Positions 15,971 through 28,931 of a DNA stretch of 64,000 nt are shown in pieces. How positions within the stretch are numbered: position 1 is the first letter of the stretch; every line of letters starts with the position of its first letter. The position numbers were made by a program, and so were the translations under genes. The notes under the pieces were generated by a model that ran no database searches, had not been told where the DNA came from, and saw only the letters and a program-made list of their open reading frames with translations. This stretch comes from Amoebidium appalachense (taxonomy: Eukaryota > Protista > Ichthyosporea): NCBI GenBank assembly GCA_963693365.1, contig CAVNZM010000005.1:7944710-8008709 (forward strand), in the 5' to 3' direction.

Positions 15971-18900
15971 ACACGTGTCTGTCTTCCTGTCTGTCTGTCT
16001 GTCTGTGTGTGCATTTGTGTGTAGTGTGTGTGCATGTGTGTGTAGTGTGTGCATGTAGTGTGTATGTGTAGTGTGTGTGTGTTGTGTTAGGGCGGGGGGA
16101 GGTTCTAGGGTTGGCAGTGTCTGTGTTGGTGCTGATGTATGTGGCAGGTGGGGCATGCACCAGACTACCTCAAGCTGCTGCCGTGGGGCCCAGAGTACGA
16201 GAAGGTGCGCCGGTGGGCTGATGGTAGAGGGGCTGGCAGCAATAAGCATTGGGTTAGCGGGATATATCTACTGATCCGGGCTGCAGCAGGCCAGGCATAA
16301 CATAGTGGGATATATCTACTGATCCGGGCTGCAGCAGGCCAGGCATAATATAGCGGGATATATCTACTGATCCGGGCTGCAGCAGGCCAGGCATAACATA
16401 GTGGGATATATCTACTGATCCGGGCTGCAGCAGGCCAGGCATAACATAGTGGGATAGATCTGCAGATATGGACCAAATTTCCTCCCGATCTCCCGCCCCT
16501 TCCTCCTCTGCACGCTCCCCGCCCATCCAGCACCATGCAATAAGAAAGAATTTGATCATTTGATGGGTGATAATTTCTATTCTTCCAAACTTCTATCTCT
16601 CCTTATGCACTCCCCCGTTGGGCCTGGGCTGCCATGTCATTTCCTCTTGAGGTTCTATTCTCCTGGTCCCCCCCACCCCCCTCTGGGCCGGCTCCTGTTC
16701 CCCCAAAATGCCAGCACACATAGTGAGGCTGTAGGCAAGCAATGAAGGGCTGTGCCCGGTGGTTTTTCCCCTCATTTGCAGTGGGTGGGGCCGTGTGCTG
16801 ACAGGGGTGCAGGATGTGTTCCTGGAGCCCGACTTCACGTCCCTCGAGGTGCTGACCTTTGCAGGCAGCAGCATCCCTGCTGGCACCAACATCCCAAATT
16901 ACGGTATGCACGTGGGGCCCGGGTGTCCGTTGTGCGTGCATGTGTGTGTGTGTGTGTGTGTGTGCAGGTGTGCATGTGTGTGTGTGTGTGTGTGTGTGCC
17001 TGTGCTGGGTGTTGACATGTGGTGCAGACGATATCCGGCAGACCGAGGGCTTCAAGAATGTGCAGTTGGGCAATGTGGCCAGTGCCCGCTCAGGTACTGC
17101 GGCCGTGTCCTTTGTGCCCGCAGACCTGCAGGACCTGTTTAAGGTGTGTGTGCGCACGTGTAGGTACCTGTGTGTGCCTGTGCAAGCCTACCTGTGTGTG
17201 CACGTATGTGCCCGGTACAGCATGTATGTATGCCTGTGCATATGTGCCCGTATGCCCGTGCATATGTGCCCCTGCCCGTGCCCGTGGTGTGTGTGCGTGC
17301 ACGTGTGTCTGTGTACGTGTGCCTGTGCCTGTGTGACCCTGCATGCCAGCCCACTGACCTGGCCTGTGTGTGGCCATGTGCTGCAGCGGTGGGCCAGGGA
17401 GTCATTTGAGGTGCAGGTGGGCCTGCACGAGCTGCTGGGCCACGGGTAAGAATATACCCCCCGGGGGGGGGGGCGACCTTTGAGCGCGGTCTGAGGGCGG
17501 TGCAGGTCCGGCAAGATGTTCAGCCAGGACAGGGCTGGGGCCCTCAACTTCGACCCGGCAAAAGTCATCCACCCAGATACGGGTCGACCCGTGGACACCT
17601 GGTACCTGCCGGGCGAGACATGGTGTGTGCTGCTGTGTGTGTGCCTGTGTGTGTGCCTGTGTTTACCTGCCTGTGTGAATCTGCTTGTGTCTGTGCACCT
17701 GTGTGTATGCATGCGCCTGTGCATGTGACTGTGTGCATATGTGTGTGCATGCACGTATGCCTGCATGCGTCGTGTGTGCCTGTGTTAACGACTGTTGGTG
17801 TGCCTGTGTGTATGTGCCTGCATATCTGCTAATGTGTGTGCCTGTGTGTGCCGGTGCATATGCCCGTGTGTGCTCGTGTATGTGCCTGTGTATGTGACCG
17901 TGTGTGCCTGGGTGTGCCTGTGCATGTGCCTGGGTGTGTGCCTACGTGTGGGGCACCTGTTCAGGGGTGGCTGCAGGGACGGCAAGTTCCCTGTGATTGC
18001 GTCTGCCTATGAGGAGTGCCGGGCCGAGTGTGTGGGTCTCTATCTGTGCTGTGAGCCCAGTGTACAGCAGGTCTTCGGCCACAGCGGTAGGTACGGGCCG
18101 GGGGAGGGGGGGGGGGGGGGGTTGAAGGAGCAGGGTGGTGACTGTCTGGTAGGGGCGGATGCGGATGACTGCATGTTCATCAACTGGCTGTCCACCGCAA
18201 GGGCTGGCCTGGCCGCCCTCGAGATGTACTCCCCGGCCACAAAGGTCTGTGCGGGGCCTTGTTAGCACCATGTGAGCTAGAGTCTCATATGTCTGGCACC
18301 ACTAAGAGCTATGTGCATATACATAATATGGAGTCTCATATGTCTGGCACCACTAAGAGCTATATGCATATACATAATATGGAGTCTCATATGTCTGGCA
18401 CCACTAAGAGCTATATGCATGAACATAATATGGAGTCTCATATGTCTGGCACCACTAAGAGCTATATGCATATTCATAATATGGAGTCTCATATGTCTGG
18501 CACCACTAAGAGCTATGTGCATATACATAATATGGAGTCTCATATGTCTGGCACCACTAAGAGCTATGTGCATATAAATAATATGGAGTCTCATATGTCT
18601 GGCACCACTAAGAGCTATGTGCATATACATAATATGGAGTCTCATATGTCTGGCACCACTAAGAGCTATGTGCATATACATAATATGGAGTCTCATATGT
18701 CTGGCATCACCAAGAATTATACACAGTCTCACATGTCTGGCACCACCAAGAACTATACACAGTCTCATATGTCTGGCACCATGATGACGTAACGTTCACG
18801 CAAAAACAGAACTATATTTTGCTTGCATGAATGCTAGGTTTCAGGATAGGTATGCATGCATAGGCACACCATGGCCGGATATGTCTGCATGCTCAGGGGG

Positions 18901-20424
18901 CACTGTGCAGGCATGGCGGCAGGCACACTCTCGGGCGCGGTTCGGCATGCTGCAGGTGCTGCTGCAGGCGGGGGCTGGGCTGCTGGCCATCGAGACGGTC
19001 ACAAACACAGACGACGGCCAGCCAGACCTGCTGATCAGGGTGCGTGCACGTGCTTGTGTGCATGTACATGCATGGCCGCTACGTGCACGTGCTTGTGTGC
19101 ATGTACATGCATGGCCGCTACGTGCTTGTGTGCATGTACATGCATGGCCGCTACGTGCACGTGCTTGTGTGCATGTACGTGCATGGCCGCTACGTGTACG
19201 TGCTTGTGTGCATGTACATGCATGGCCGCTACGTGCACGTGCGTGTGTGCATGTACATGCATGGCCGCTACGTGCACGTGTTTGTGTGCACGTGCTCGTG
19301 TGCACCTGTTCGTGGGCACGGTGCTTCTAATGGGTACATGTGTGTGCACGTGCATAGGATGTGTGCATGCACATGTATGTGCACGTGCATAGATAGTACG
19401 TGCTTGGGTGTTTCCTGTGCAAGGGATGTATGGCATGCACCTGCAGTTTGGTGCGCTTCATGCACATGCGCACGTGCACCCATTGCACATGTGCACGTGC
19501 ACCCATTGCACATGTGCACGTGCACCCATTGCACATGTGCACGTGCACCCATTGCACATGTGTTGCTGACTTTGTGTGCAGCTTGAGCGCAGCAAGATCC
19601 TGGACGTGGGCCGCCCAGCCATTGGCGACTTCCTGAGGCGCCTGCAGGTGGGTGGGCCCTGGTGGTGCCTGCTGTGTTGTGGCGGGGTTGGGCTGGTGGT
19701 GATCCGGTATGCAGGCTGGTAGTGACTGGTATGCGGGCTGGTAGTGACTGGTATGCGGGCTGGTGGTGACTGGTATGCGGGCTGGTGGTGACTAGTATGC
19801 GGGCTGGTGGTGACTGGTATGCGGGCTGGTGGTGACTGGTATGCGGGCTGGTGGGAACTGGTATGCGGGCTGGTGGTGACTGGTATGCGGGCTGGTGGTG
19901 ACTGGTATGCGGGCTGGTGGTGACTGGTATGCGGGCTGGTGGTGACTGGTATGCGGGCTGCAGGTGTACAAGGCCACTGCGGATGTGGCACGCGGCAAGG
20001 CCATGTTTGAACACTACACGGCAGGCACGGCACACGAGGGGGGGGGGGGGGGGGGGAGGGTGTTGGTGCTGACTGGGGGTGTGCAGTGGGGGCGGACATG
20101 CTTGCGCTGCGGGAGATAGTGCTGGCCCGCAAGCGGCCCCGTGACAAGTACGTGCAGGCAAACACCAGCCTGGCCAAGGACGGGCCCGTGCTGCACATAT
20201 ACGCCCCCACAGGTGTGTGCCATGGGGGGGAGAAGGGCTCTGGGTGGGCCGCATGCAGGCAGGGCGGGGTGTGGCTGTGTAGGCAGGCACGTGGGGGGGT
20301 GCTGACCCATGGCCCAGCGGGGGGGTTTGTGGAGTCGTTTGTGGGGCGCTACCAGCCATGGGCAGACTACGAGGCCAGACTGCTGCACCACGAGAGGACC
20401 GACAGGCCCATGCACCGCCTGTAG
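13326..20424 (+). CDS. DPP3: Dipeptidyl peptidase III (peptidase M49), multi-exon
   Basis: Exons join in frame to give [63 protein letters not shown], the zinc motif HELLGHGSGK (about 17426-17515), EECRAE (about 18011) and WRQAH. Stop TAG at 20424, AATAAA at about 20525. Confidence 0.96.
14659..15215. repeat. 30-bp intronic minisatellite, about 18 copies
   Basis: Unit CCCTGCTGGGTGCAATGATTGGCTGGTAGG, starting at a DPP3 donor site. Confidence 0.95.
16255..16458. repeat. 48-bp intronic minisatellite, about 4 copies
   Basis: Unit GATATATCTACTGATCCGGGCTGCAGCAGGCCAGGCATAACATAGTGG. Confidence 0.92.
18280..18782. repeat. 51-bp intronic minisatellite, about 9 copies
   Basis: Unit GGAGTCTCATATGTCTGGCACCACTAAGAGCTATGTGCATATACATAATAT inside a DPP3 intron. 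Confidence 0.95.
19040..19562. repeat. 39-bp and about 24-bp intronic minisatellites
   Basis: Unit CGTGCACGTGCTTGTGTGCATGTACATGCATGGCCGCTA (19044-19290) and GCACGTGCACCCATTGCACATGT (19469-19562). Confidence 0.88.
19700..19963. repeat. 22-bp intronic minisatellite ending at the 3' splice site
   Basis: Unit GTGACTGGTATGCGGGCTGGTG, about 11 copies; the final copy ends ...GCGGGCTGCAG, the acceptor. Confidence 0.92.
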
Positions 20425-21487
20425 CCCCCATGCATGGCCCTGGCTGCACCTGGTGTGCGCATGCACTGCCAGTGGCTTCATGTCGTGCCCAGATGGCAAC
20501 AGGCCTATATCGTGTTCAGGCAGAAATAAATAACAGCACATACATTGTGTGTGTTGATACTCACACTCCCTCCCTCATTCTATTCACGGTACCGTTTGTT
20601 GTGGTCATTGTGGGAGCAATCTATGTCTACACGTGCGGTTGGTCGGTTGGCTACATAACACCAGAGCTGCTGGTCACTCCGATTGGCTACTTGTGCACCA
20701 CCTAGGTTGCGGGCCGGATCTCGCTAGACTCGGGTGTAGTTCACGCTTGCACAGGGCCACAGGTAGGCCTGGCTGCCTGTACAAGCCAGACACTGCCTGG
20801 ACAGTAGCTCTGGGCCCCACAGCCAAATAAATGCCTGTGTGCCGCCATTTGCAGGTCACAGGGGGTACGTCCCAGCCCCATGGGATTGACCGTCCTCGGC
20901 CAAGCAGGAAATAACATGTGGTGATGAGCCACATGCCATGGTGCAGACCTAGCACGGTGATGTGCCACCCTGCTGATATGGAGTCAACGGCATCATTACT
21001 TTGGTACGTCGCGTGCAAACGGCGATAGATTCACGTCTTATTCATGAGGCAGTAGATTTGCCTAGGTTCCAAACAGGTATTACATTCATATAGGATTATT
21101 GCAAACCTACAGGTATACATACGAATGAGATTGCTAGGTTTCCAAACCTTAAGTATACGTTCAATTAAGATCTATTTGGTTCCAAACAAAAGGCATACAT
21201 TCAAATCATATTTCCAAAATAGTATACATTCGAACACTTCACACATTCAAATGACAATAGATTGAGTTGGTGTTCCACCGACGATAGGTTCACAATTTCA
21301 AGGGCAACAAACCAGGTGGTGTGTGTGCATTGCTGTGCGGGTGACAGTGGATGCTTGGCGGGCTGGCCACCACCATGCCCTGTGCCTGTGCACGTGGGCC
21401 ACAAAGTGTGCAGACCCCATGGGCCGTGGGTTTGGTGCCTGCTGCGCCCAGTGCCGGGCCATTGTGTGCCAGCCTCCGCCCGGCCTG

Positions 21488-22308
21488 TCAGGGGGCAGGG
21501 GTAGGCCCGGCAAAGTGCTGTGCCGTGTCCACAACGGGGGGGATGCCTGCGTGGTAGCTGGGAGCTGGCCGGGAAAGCTGCAGGCAGGAACGGTGAGGGG
21601 GTGGCGCCCCGGGGGCACTGGGGGGCATGTGCACATCTGCCCACCCACGTGCACACATGGCTATGCACGTGCACATCTGCCCACCCACGTGCACACATGG
21701 CTATGCACGTGCACATCTGCCCACCCACGTGCACACATGGCTATGCACGTGCACATCTGCCTACCCACGTGCACATATGGCTATGCACGTGCACATCTGC
21801 CCACCCACGTGCACACATGGCTATGCACGTGCACATCTGCCTACCCACGTGCACACATGGCTATGCACGTGCATCTGCCCACCCACGTGCACACATGGCT
21901 ATGCACGTGCACATCTGCCCCCCCACGTGCACACATGGCTATGCACGTGCACATCTGCCTACCCACGTGCACACATGGCTATGCACGTGCACATCTGCCC
22001 ACCCACGTGCACACATGGCTATGCACGTGCACATCTGCCTACCCACGTGCACACATGGCTATGCACGTGCACATCTGCCCACCCACATGCACACATGGCT
22101 ATGCACGTGCACATCTGCCTACCCACGTGCACACATGGGCGTGACGGCGGACCGGTCAGTGGGGTATTCCACGAGGGTGAGGGGCATGGCCCAACCATAA
22201 CAAGCTGTCAGCATGGGGGTGCATGTGCACGTGTGGGATGGGAAAGTGCTTGTGCGTGAGCACATGGGTAGTGTGTGGAGGGATGAACTTGCTTGTTAGT
22301 GTGTGTGG

Positions 22309-22373
<65 letters not shown>

Positions 22374-24767
22374 GGGGGGGGGGGGAGAAGGGAGGGGTGG
22401 GGGGTAAGCGGTTGCTGTGCACCCACCCGTAAGCCCATCATGCCCCACACGCCGCTGCCCTCCCAGCCGTCCCCCTCTGCAGCCGCAAGGGCAGCATCCA
22501 TGGCCCCCACCTGCTGCCGCACCATCCCCACATAGGCCTGCACCTATATGTTAGACACACAGGCCTGCACCTATACGTAGACACATAGGCCTGCACCTAT
22601 ATGTTAGACACACAGGCCTGCACCTATATGTTAGACACACAGGGCTGCACCTATACGTAGACACATAGGCCTGCACCTATATGTTAGACACACAGGCATG
22701 CACCTATATGTTAGACACACAGGGCTGCACCTATATGTTAATCACACAGGGCTGCACCTATATGTTAGACACATAGGCCTGCATCACAATGCATTGCCAT
22801 GCATTACACATCCCCATATATGCCTGCAACACAATTCATTGGGCGATTATACCCCACCCAAATACCCAAACCCAAACCCAGATTCCTAGATTTAATATTA
22901 GTATTGACGGTTGATTGGATATTGAAATATTGCGTTTCGATCTGCTACCAATAATCGCGTGGTCGGATATGCCATAGATCACCATCGAACACCTGAATCT
23001 TATAAGAAAAGTGCCTCTTTGATAGCACATCTTTTCCAAATAAGGCAGGTAATTTGGGTTTCACGGTCCTAAATCTGGGTTTGTAATAGGAATCTAGAAG
23101 GGGCGGGGGGGAGGGGGGTCTTCTAGATTCCTAAACCCAAACCCAAATCTTCAGCGACAAGAAGAAAAAAGAAAACCCTAAGAACTAAGACTTAAAGTAT
23201 ATTTCTGGTTCATTTTTGGCTTGAAACTTTATCTTATTACGCAACATTATTATTTGTATCTTCTATAATGCGTTATTATGGTATACATTTTTTGTTTCTT
23301 TATAATACATCGAGGTGATGCGAAGCGGCGGTCATGCCGCATGCGTGACATCTGGGTTTAAAATCTAGGTTTGGGTTTGTTTGGGTATTTGGGTGCGGTA
23401 TAACCGTCCATAACACATCAACATCTACATTTCAACAATATCAAAATCACATTTCATTACACATGCGTTACACATCAACACATGCCTGCATCACAATGGA
23501 TTACACATCCCCACATATGCCTGCATCACAATGGATTACACATCCCCACATATGCCTGCATCACAATAGATTACACATCCCCACATATGCCTGCATCACA
23601 ATAAATTACACATCCCCACATATGCCTGCATCACAATGGTTACACGTCCCCACATATGCCTGCATCACAACATATTACACATCCCCACATATGCCTGCAT
23701 CACAATGGATTACACGTCCCCACATATGCCTGCATCACAATGGAGTACACATCCCCACATATGCCTGCATCAAACTCCATTACACATCAACACAGGTGCA
23801 TGCGTCACATTTCATTACACATCTACACATGCCCGCATCACATTTCATTTCACATCCCCCCATGTGCCTGCGCCACCATACTTTACACATCCCCACATAT
23901 GCTCACCCAGCCCCCCCCCCCCTTTTCCTCACCTCCAGGCTGTCGACCCTGCAATACACCTCCTGCCCCCCCCCCCGTCAGTGCGCCCCCCCAGCCAGGG
24001 CCCACAGGCAGTGCCCCCCGCCCACCTGCAGCCTGGCGCTGTGCTGCTGCAGTGCCGGCAGCACACTCGTGGCCGGCCCATGCACCTCACTGCGTGCTTG
24101 CCTGGGGGGGAGTGTTAGCTGGGTCCCTGCTGGGTGGGGTCCCAATAGGGTTGAGTGGCACGTTGAACGCGCACGAGTGTGTGTGTTTGTGGTGCGTGTG
24201 TGTGTTTTGGATGGCGACAGTGGTGGTGATGGTAGTGGTGGTGTGTTGTGTGTGTGTGTGTGGGGTGTTGTTATTGTGGTGGTGCAGTGTGCACAGGTTT
24301 GTCGCTGCCGGTATGGTTGGGTCCAAGTAAGGGGTGTGCACTGTCGTGTGTGTGCTTGGCACGTGCACTGCAGGCAGGCAGCTGTGTATGTGTCAAGCTG
24401 TGTGCTCCTGGCTTCGTGTTCGTGTGCGCATGTAGGCGTTTCAATTTGTTGTGGGTTTGGTGTGTGTGTGCATGGCGAGAAAGACGGAGGGAGTATGTGT
24501 TCTGTGTGTCAGGGGATGGGGCTGTGGCCGGAGGCAGGCACCCACTGCAGCAGCGCCCTGACAGCCTCCAAGCGGGCCTTGAGCTCTTGCACCGTGTCCT
24601 CGTGGCCCAGCACCTGCACCCTCAAAATAAGTCCATCCCCCCCTCCCCCCCCCCCCCCCCCCCCCCCCTGTGCGCACCTGCTGGTGCCCCCGTGTGCTGT
24701 GCAGGTAGGCCGCATAGTCGCTGCAGCTGCGCTCCACAGCAGAGGTCGGGCCCGAGGCCTTGGCCAT
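21488..24767 (-). CDS. BLOC1S4: BLOC-1 subunit 4 (cappuccino)-like coiled-coil protein, 6 exons
   Basis: Spliced product MAKASG...DYAAYL...QELKARLEAVRALLQQARSEV...VLPALQQHSARLQEVYCRVDSLEAYVGMVRQQVGAMDAALAAAE...IPPVVDTAQHF resembles the BLOC1S4 motifs (IYSRIDRLEAFVRMV; C-terminal PPVLFRTEDYF). All introns GT-AG. Confidence 0.75.
21628..22138. repeat. 40-bp intronic minisatellite, about 13 copies
   Basis: Unit GTGCACATCTGCCCACCCACGTGCACACATGGCTATGCAC. Confidence 0.95.
22529..22785. repeat. 27-bp minisatellite made of the branch point plus acceptor of a BLOC1S4 intron
   Basis: Minus-strand unit TCTAACATATAGGTGCAG|GCCT(A/G)TGTG, about 9-10 copies. Confidence 0.92.
22841..23409. mobile_element. 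MITE with about 31-bp imperfect TIRs (Harbinger-like)
   Basis: Left GGGCGATTATACCCCACCCAAATACCCAAAC versus reverse complement of right end GGACGGTTATACCGCACCCAAATACCCAAAC. AT-rich interior; interrupts a 35-bp minisatellite. TSD not clean. Confidence 0.8.
23480..23902. repeat. 35-bp intronic minisatellite
   Basis: Unit CACATCCCCACATATGCCTGCATCACAATGGATTA; a related copy lies left of the MITE (22780-22835). Confidence 0.9.
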
Positions 24768-25754
24768 GGCAACGCGTAGCTTGCTGGGTGCTAGTGGTTG
24801 CTGTGGTACGTACACTGCACCCGGCCAGGTGCAGAAGGATCGCGTGTTAGCAAGAATAGCTATGGGCAAGGAAGGGGTTCAAGTATAGCAAGGTCGAAGA
24901 GGAATCAGGGCGCACTAACGTTTCGCGGCACCTAGCTCCGGCAGTGACTACAAAAAATGATGGCGGAGCTCACAGGCAGCGTGACGGTATGTAGCCACAT
25001 AGAAGCCGTCGTCTGCGCATGCACATATGCATGCCCTGCCGCGGCCAGCACTAACACGCACGTGTTGCCGCACGTGCGACGTTATACATCTGCTTGTGGC
25101 GGCAAAAAAAAAAAAAACCAAAAAAAAAAAGGAGGAGACACCGCCTCAGTAGGTGGTAGCGGCCAGCAGTAGCCTCCCGGGCACACAGGACCACCTATTG
25201 TATGTGCTGCACGTCACTGTGACCTTGCACTTGTATATTACGATGCTGCACGTCACCTTGCACTTGTACATAAGTGCTGCAGGCGCTTGTATATATGTGC
25301 TGAATGCTACTTGTACATATGTGCTGCATGCACTTGTACATGTGTGCTGCATGCACTTGTACATAAGTGCTGCATGCACTTGTACATATGTGCTGCACGT
25401 CCCCGCGCACTTTGTCACCATGCCCTCCTGGGGCCCACGTCCTGACCTCAGCTTTATAATTAACTGTGTTGGTGGGCGACGAAGGGACACTACCCATGTA
25501 ACGTTACCATCTCTCTGTTACTTAGTACTTGCATCTCCTGATGCTATTCGGCACTTGCATTTTTCCCATCTATCTGCTATTTGGTACCGGCGTGTTGTTA
25601 GTGTCTTTGCTATCTGGCACTTGCATGTATATACAGGTACTAATGTAAACCGTCTTTCACGGTGTAGGTGGCCACTGACCGCGTCTTACCCCCCCCCTCC
25701 CCCCCTCCCCCCCCCCCCCCCCCCCCCCCAAACAACAAAAAACCCCGCTTTGTT

Positions 25755-28501
25755 CTAGCGCCAGACTGCGGCCTTGCTGATGGCCTTTGTGGTCTTTGCT
25801 ATCAGCTTGTTGCCCTTCTCCTCCTCCTCCTCCACCGCCTTGCCGTGGCCCACACGCAGACCCAGCGCCCTGCTCCCCGCCCCTCCCTGCCCCATGCCCC
25901 TCAGTCAGCCCCTGCCTGCCTGCCTGCCTGCCTGGACCCCCTCCCCGCCAGCACGCACCTGGGTGGTGCCCAGCAGATTTGCCGTTTGCGGGTTGATGCG
26001 GGCCAGACGGGCCCACCTGCGCACCTCGTAGGCGCCCACGGCCAGGATGGCCACGACCAGCACGGCGCCCACCACGGCCCACACCAGGGCAGTGGTGTTG
26101 TTCTGGGGCGCCAGCAGCAGCACGCCCACCAGGTACAGGTACAGCGTCACGCACCAGAGGGCCGTGGTCTTGTCCATGGCCCGCACAAACCAGCACGTCC
26201 ACAGCTTGTCGTCCTCGCAGTCGGCCTTGCGCCACCAGGCGTAGCTCAGCAGCGCTTCCAGGCACACCAGCCCCCCAAAGATGATCGTCGCTATGCTCAC
26301 GCTGTCCATTGCTGCACCCCCCTGTCAACCTCCCTCCTTCCCCCCCCCCCCCCCCCCTCCCCCCCCCCCCCCCCCTTTTCTTCACACGGCACCTGTCAGC
26401 TGGTCGCCGCTGCCCGAGGAGATAGCGGTCAGGGACAGGGTCGAGGACAGGGCCGTGAGGATGGCGATGGACCCAAAGCCCACGCGGGTGCTGATCTGGT
26501 TAACGGCGTTGTCGTCCAGCAAGGGGGTGGCGCAGGCCACCGTGCCCACCAGCACCAGGGGGAAGGCGTAGAACCGCGCTATGTAGGCAGTCTCCCGCAC
26601 AAGCAGCACGTCCACCTCAATGCCCCCCACCCCGTGCCTGTGTGCCTGTCCCAGCCGTCAGTGACCACGCAGGCACACGGGCAGACACACCACACACGGG
26701 CAGGGGGGCACGTACGCGGGCCAGCAGGGCCTGGTAGCTCTGGTTTGTGGCCTGGGCCATGTAGTGGGCCAGGCTGGTGTTTGTGCGCACGCGGGCGCTG
26801 GTGGTGGCGGCAAACAGCAGCACGCGCAGCTGGCCCAGGCTGTAGGCCAGGCTGCCCTCGGTCGTGGGCTGGCCGCTGCCAAAGTCGCGGAACACCAGCA
26901 CGGGCACCTTGGGCCGGTACTGGCCCCACCAGGCCAGGCTGGTGCTGTGGTACGGGTTGGCCACGTAGCCGCTGAGGCGCAGCCGGTGCTGGTCGTACGG
27001 GAACTTGCTCATGTCCAGCCGCCGCAGCCGCGCCGTGACCACCAGGCGGCGGACAATCTGCACGTTGCACAGGTCGAACGAGGTGCAGTCAACGTGGTCG
27101 CTGAACGGCACCAGCCGCCCCGTGCACTCCTGCCCGGCCGCACAGCACGCCAGATCCTGCCCCGGCCCTCAGCACCCACCACCAAGGGGGGAGGGGGGGA
27201 GGAGGGGAGGGAAGGGGGTGTTACCTGGTCTGGGGGGGCACCCTGCAGGTCCTCGGGGGTGCAGGGGGGCTGGGCCACGTAGATCATCATGTTTGCGGGG
27301 GACACCTGCTGGTCCAGCACCTCCAGCGGGTTGCTGTCCCCCCGGCTGCTCAGCTGCATGTCCAGACGCACCTCGGGCGTCCACACCTGCCCGGCCCGTC
27401 AGCACCCCACCCCACACACGGCCCTGCCCCCAGCAGCCCCCCACCTGGCTGGTGTCCTGCAGAATACTGCCGAAGATGCGGTCGTCCCTCCACTTGATGG
27501 CATACGACAGCCCCACCACCACCACGTTGTTCTGTGCATGCCGTCAGTGTGTTGCCGTATGTGTGTGCACCGTGCTTGCCGTCTCAGTGTGTGCACATGC
27601 AGGCAGGGGGGTAGCAAGGTGCTCGACCTCGGCACCGGGTGTTGCTACATGTCAAGCTTATATCATGTGGTCTGTGTGTCCGTGTGTCTGGTAGTGTGTC
27701 TGCATCCTCTGTGTGCACGGTTCCGTGCCTTGCCTTGTGTGTATGTGTGGGCCGCCGTATCACACACCCACACGTCTGGCTGCTCTAGCTGCAGAGAGGC
27801 CACAGCCACCGCACCCTTATGGGTGTATGCACACCCCGCAACATGCATATGTGCTCGTGCACCCTTGTATGTGCACACAACCTTATCAAATCGCTTGTGT
27901 GCCGACATAAGCACGCCCATGTGTGCTTGTGTGTGTATGTGTGTGTGTTTGTGTGTGCGCTCGCGTGCACGCGCTGCGGCATGCATGTGTGCGTGCTTGC
28001 ATGAGCTTGTATGTGCAAGCACATGTGTGTGTGTGCGTGTGCGTGTGTTGACACACAAAATGTGCATGTGCACTCGTGTGGCATGCGTGCGTGTGTGCTT
28101 GCAGGAGCATGTATGTGCAAATGCGCGCGCGCGTGCGGTGTGTGTGTTGACATCTGCACCCACTTGGCGCAAAAATGTGTGTATGTGTGTGTGTGTAAGA
28201 GGCAGTTTCTCCCTTCCCCCCCGCCCCCCCCCGGCAAGTTTATGTGATTCCCTTCTTGCGTCACTGTTAGTCCGTTCAGCTATGTATGGCAACATATATA
28301 TATTATATATTTCAGGTGGGAAAGAAAATGACATGAATAATGATGTTTATTTTAGCCTGTATATTCTAGGATTTAATAGGGATTTTGTCGTTCCCTATTG
28401 ATTCTTTATATAAAAGCTCGAGTAAAGAGGTTGCAGCAGATATAATTCTGGTACAACCATGTCGCTCGTTACCTTTGGTCTTCCCGTTTTTATATTCTGG
28501 T

Positions 28502-28579
<78 letters not shown>

Positions 28580-28721
28580 TGTGTGTGTAATCGTTTTTAG
28601 TTGTGCTTTGGACACCAAAAGCATATGCCTTTCCCATTATTATATGTAGGTGTATGTACGCGAGTGTGCAACCATATGCATGTGTGCGTGCACATAGCGT
28701 GTGTGTGTGTGCATGTTTTGC

Positions 28722-28784
<63 letters not shown>

Positions 28785-28861
28785 TGTGTATGTGTGTGTG
28801 TTTTCACGCGCACGTTTGTGTATGTGTGTCTTTGCGTGTGTGTTTTCGCGCACACATTTGT

Positions 28862-28931
<70 letters not shown>

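Noticed and set aside
18259-18792. 177-aa repeat ORF ([17 protein letters not shown])n
   Set aside because: A 51-bp minisatellite inside a DPP3 intron; it is open only because the unit is a multiple of 3.
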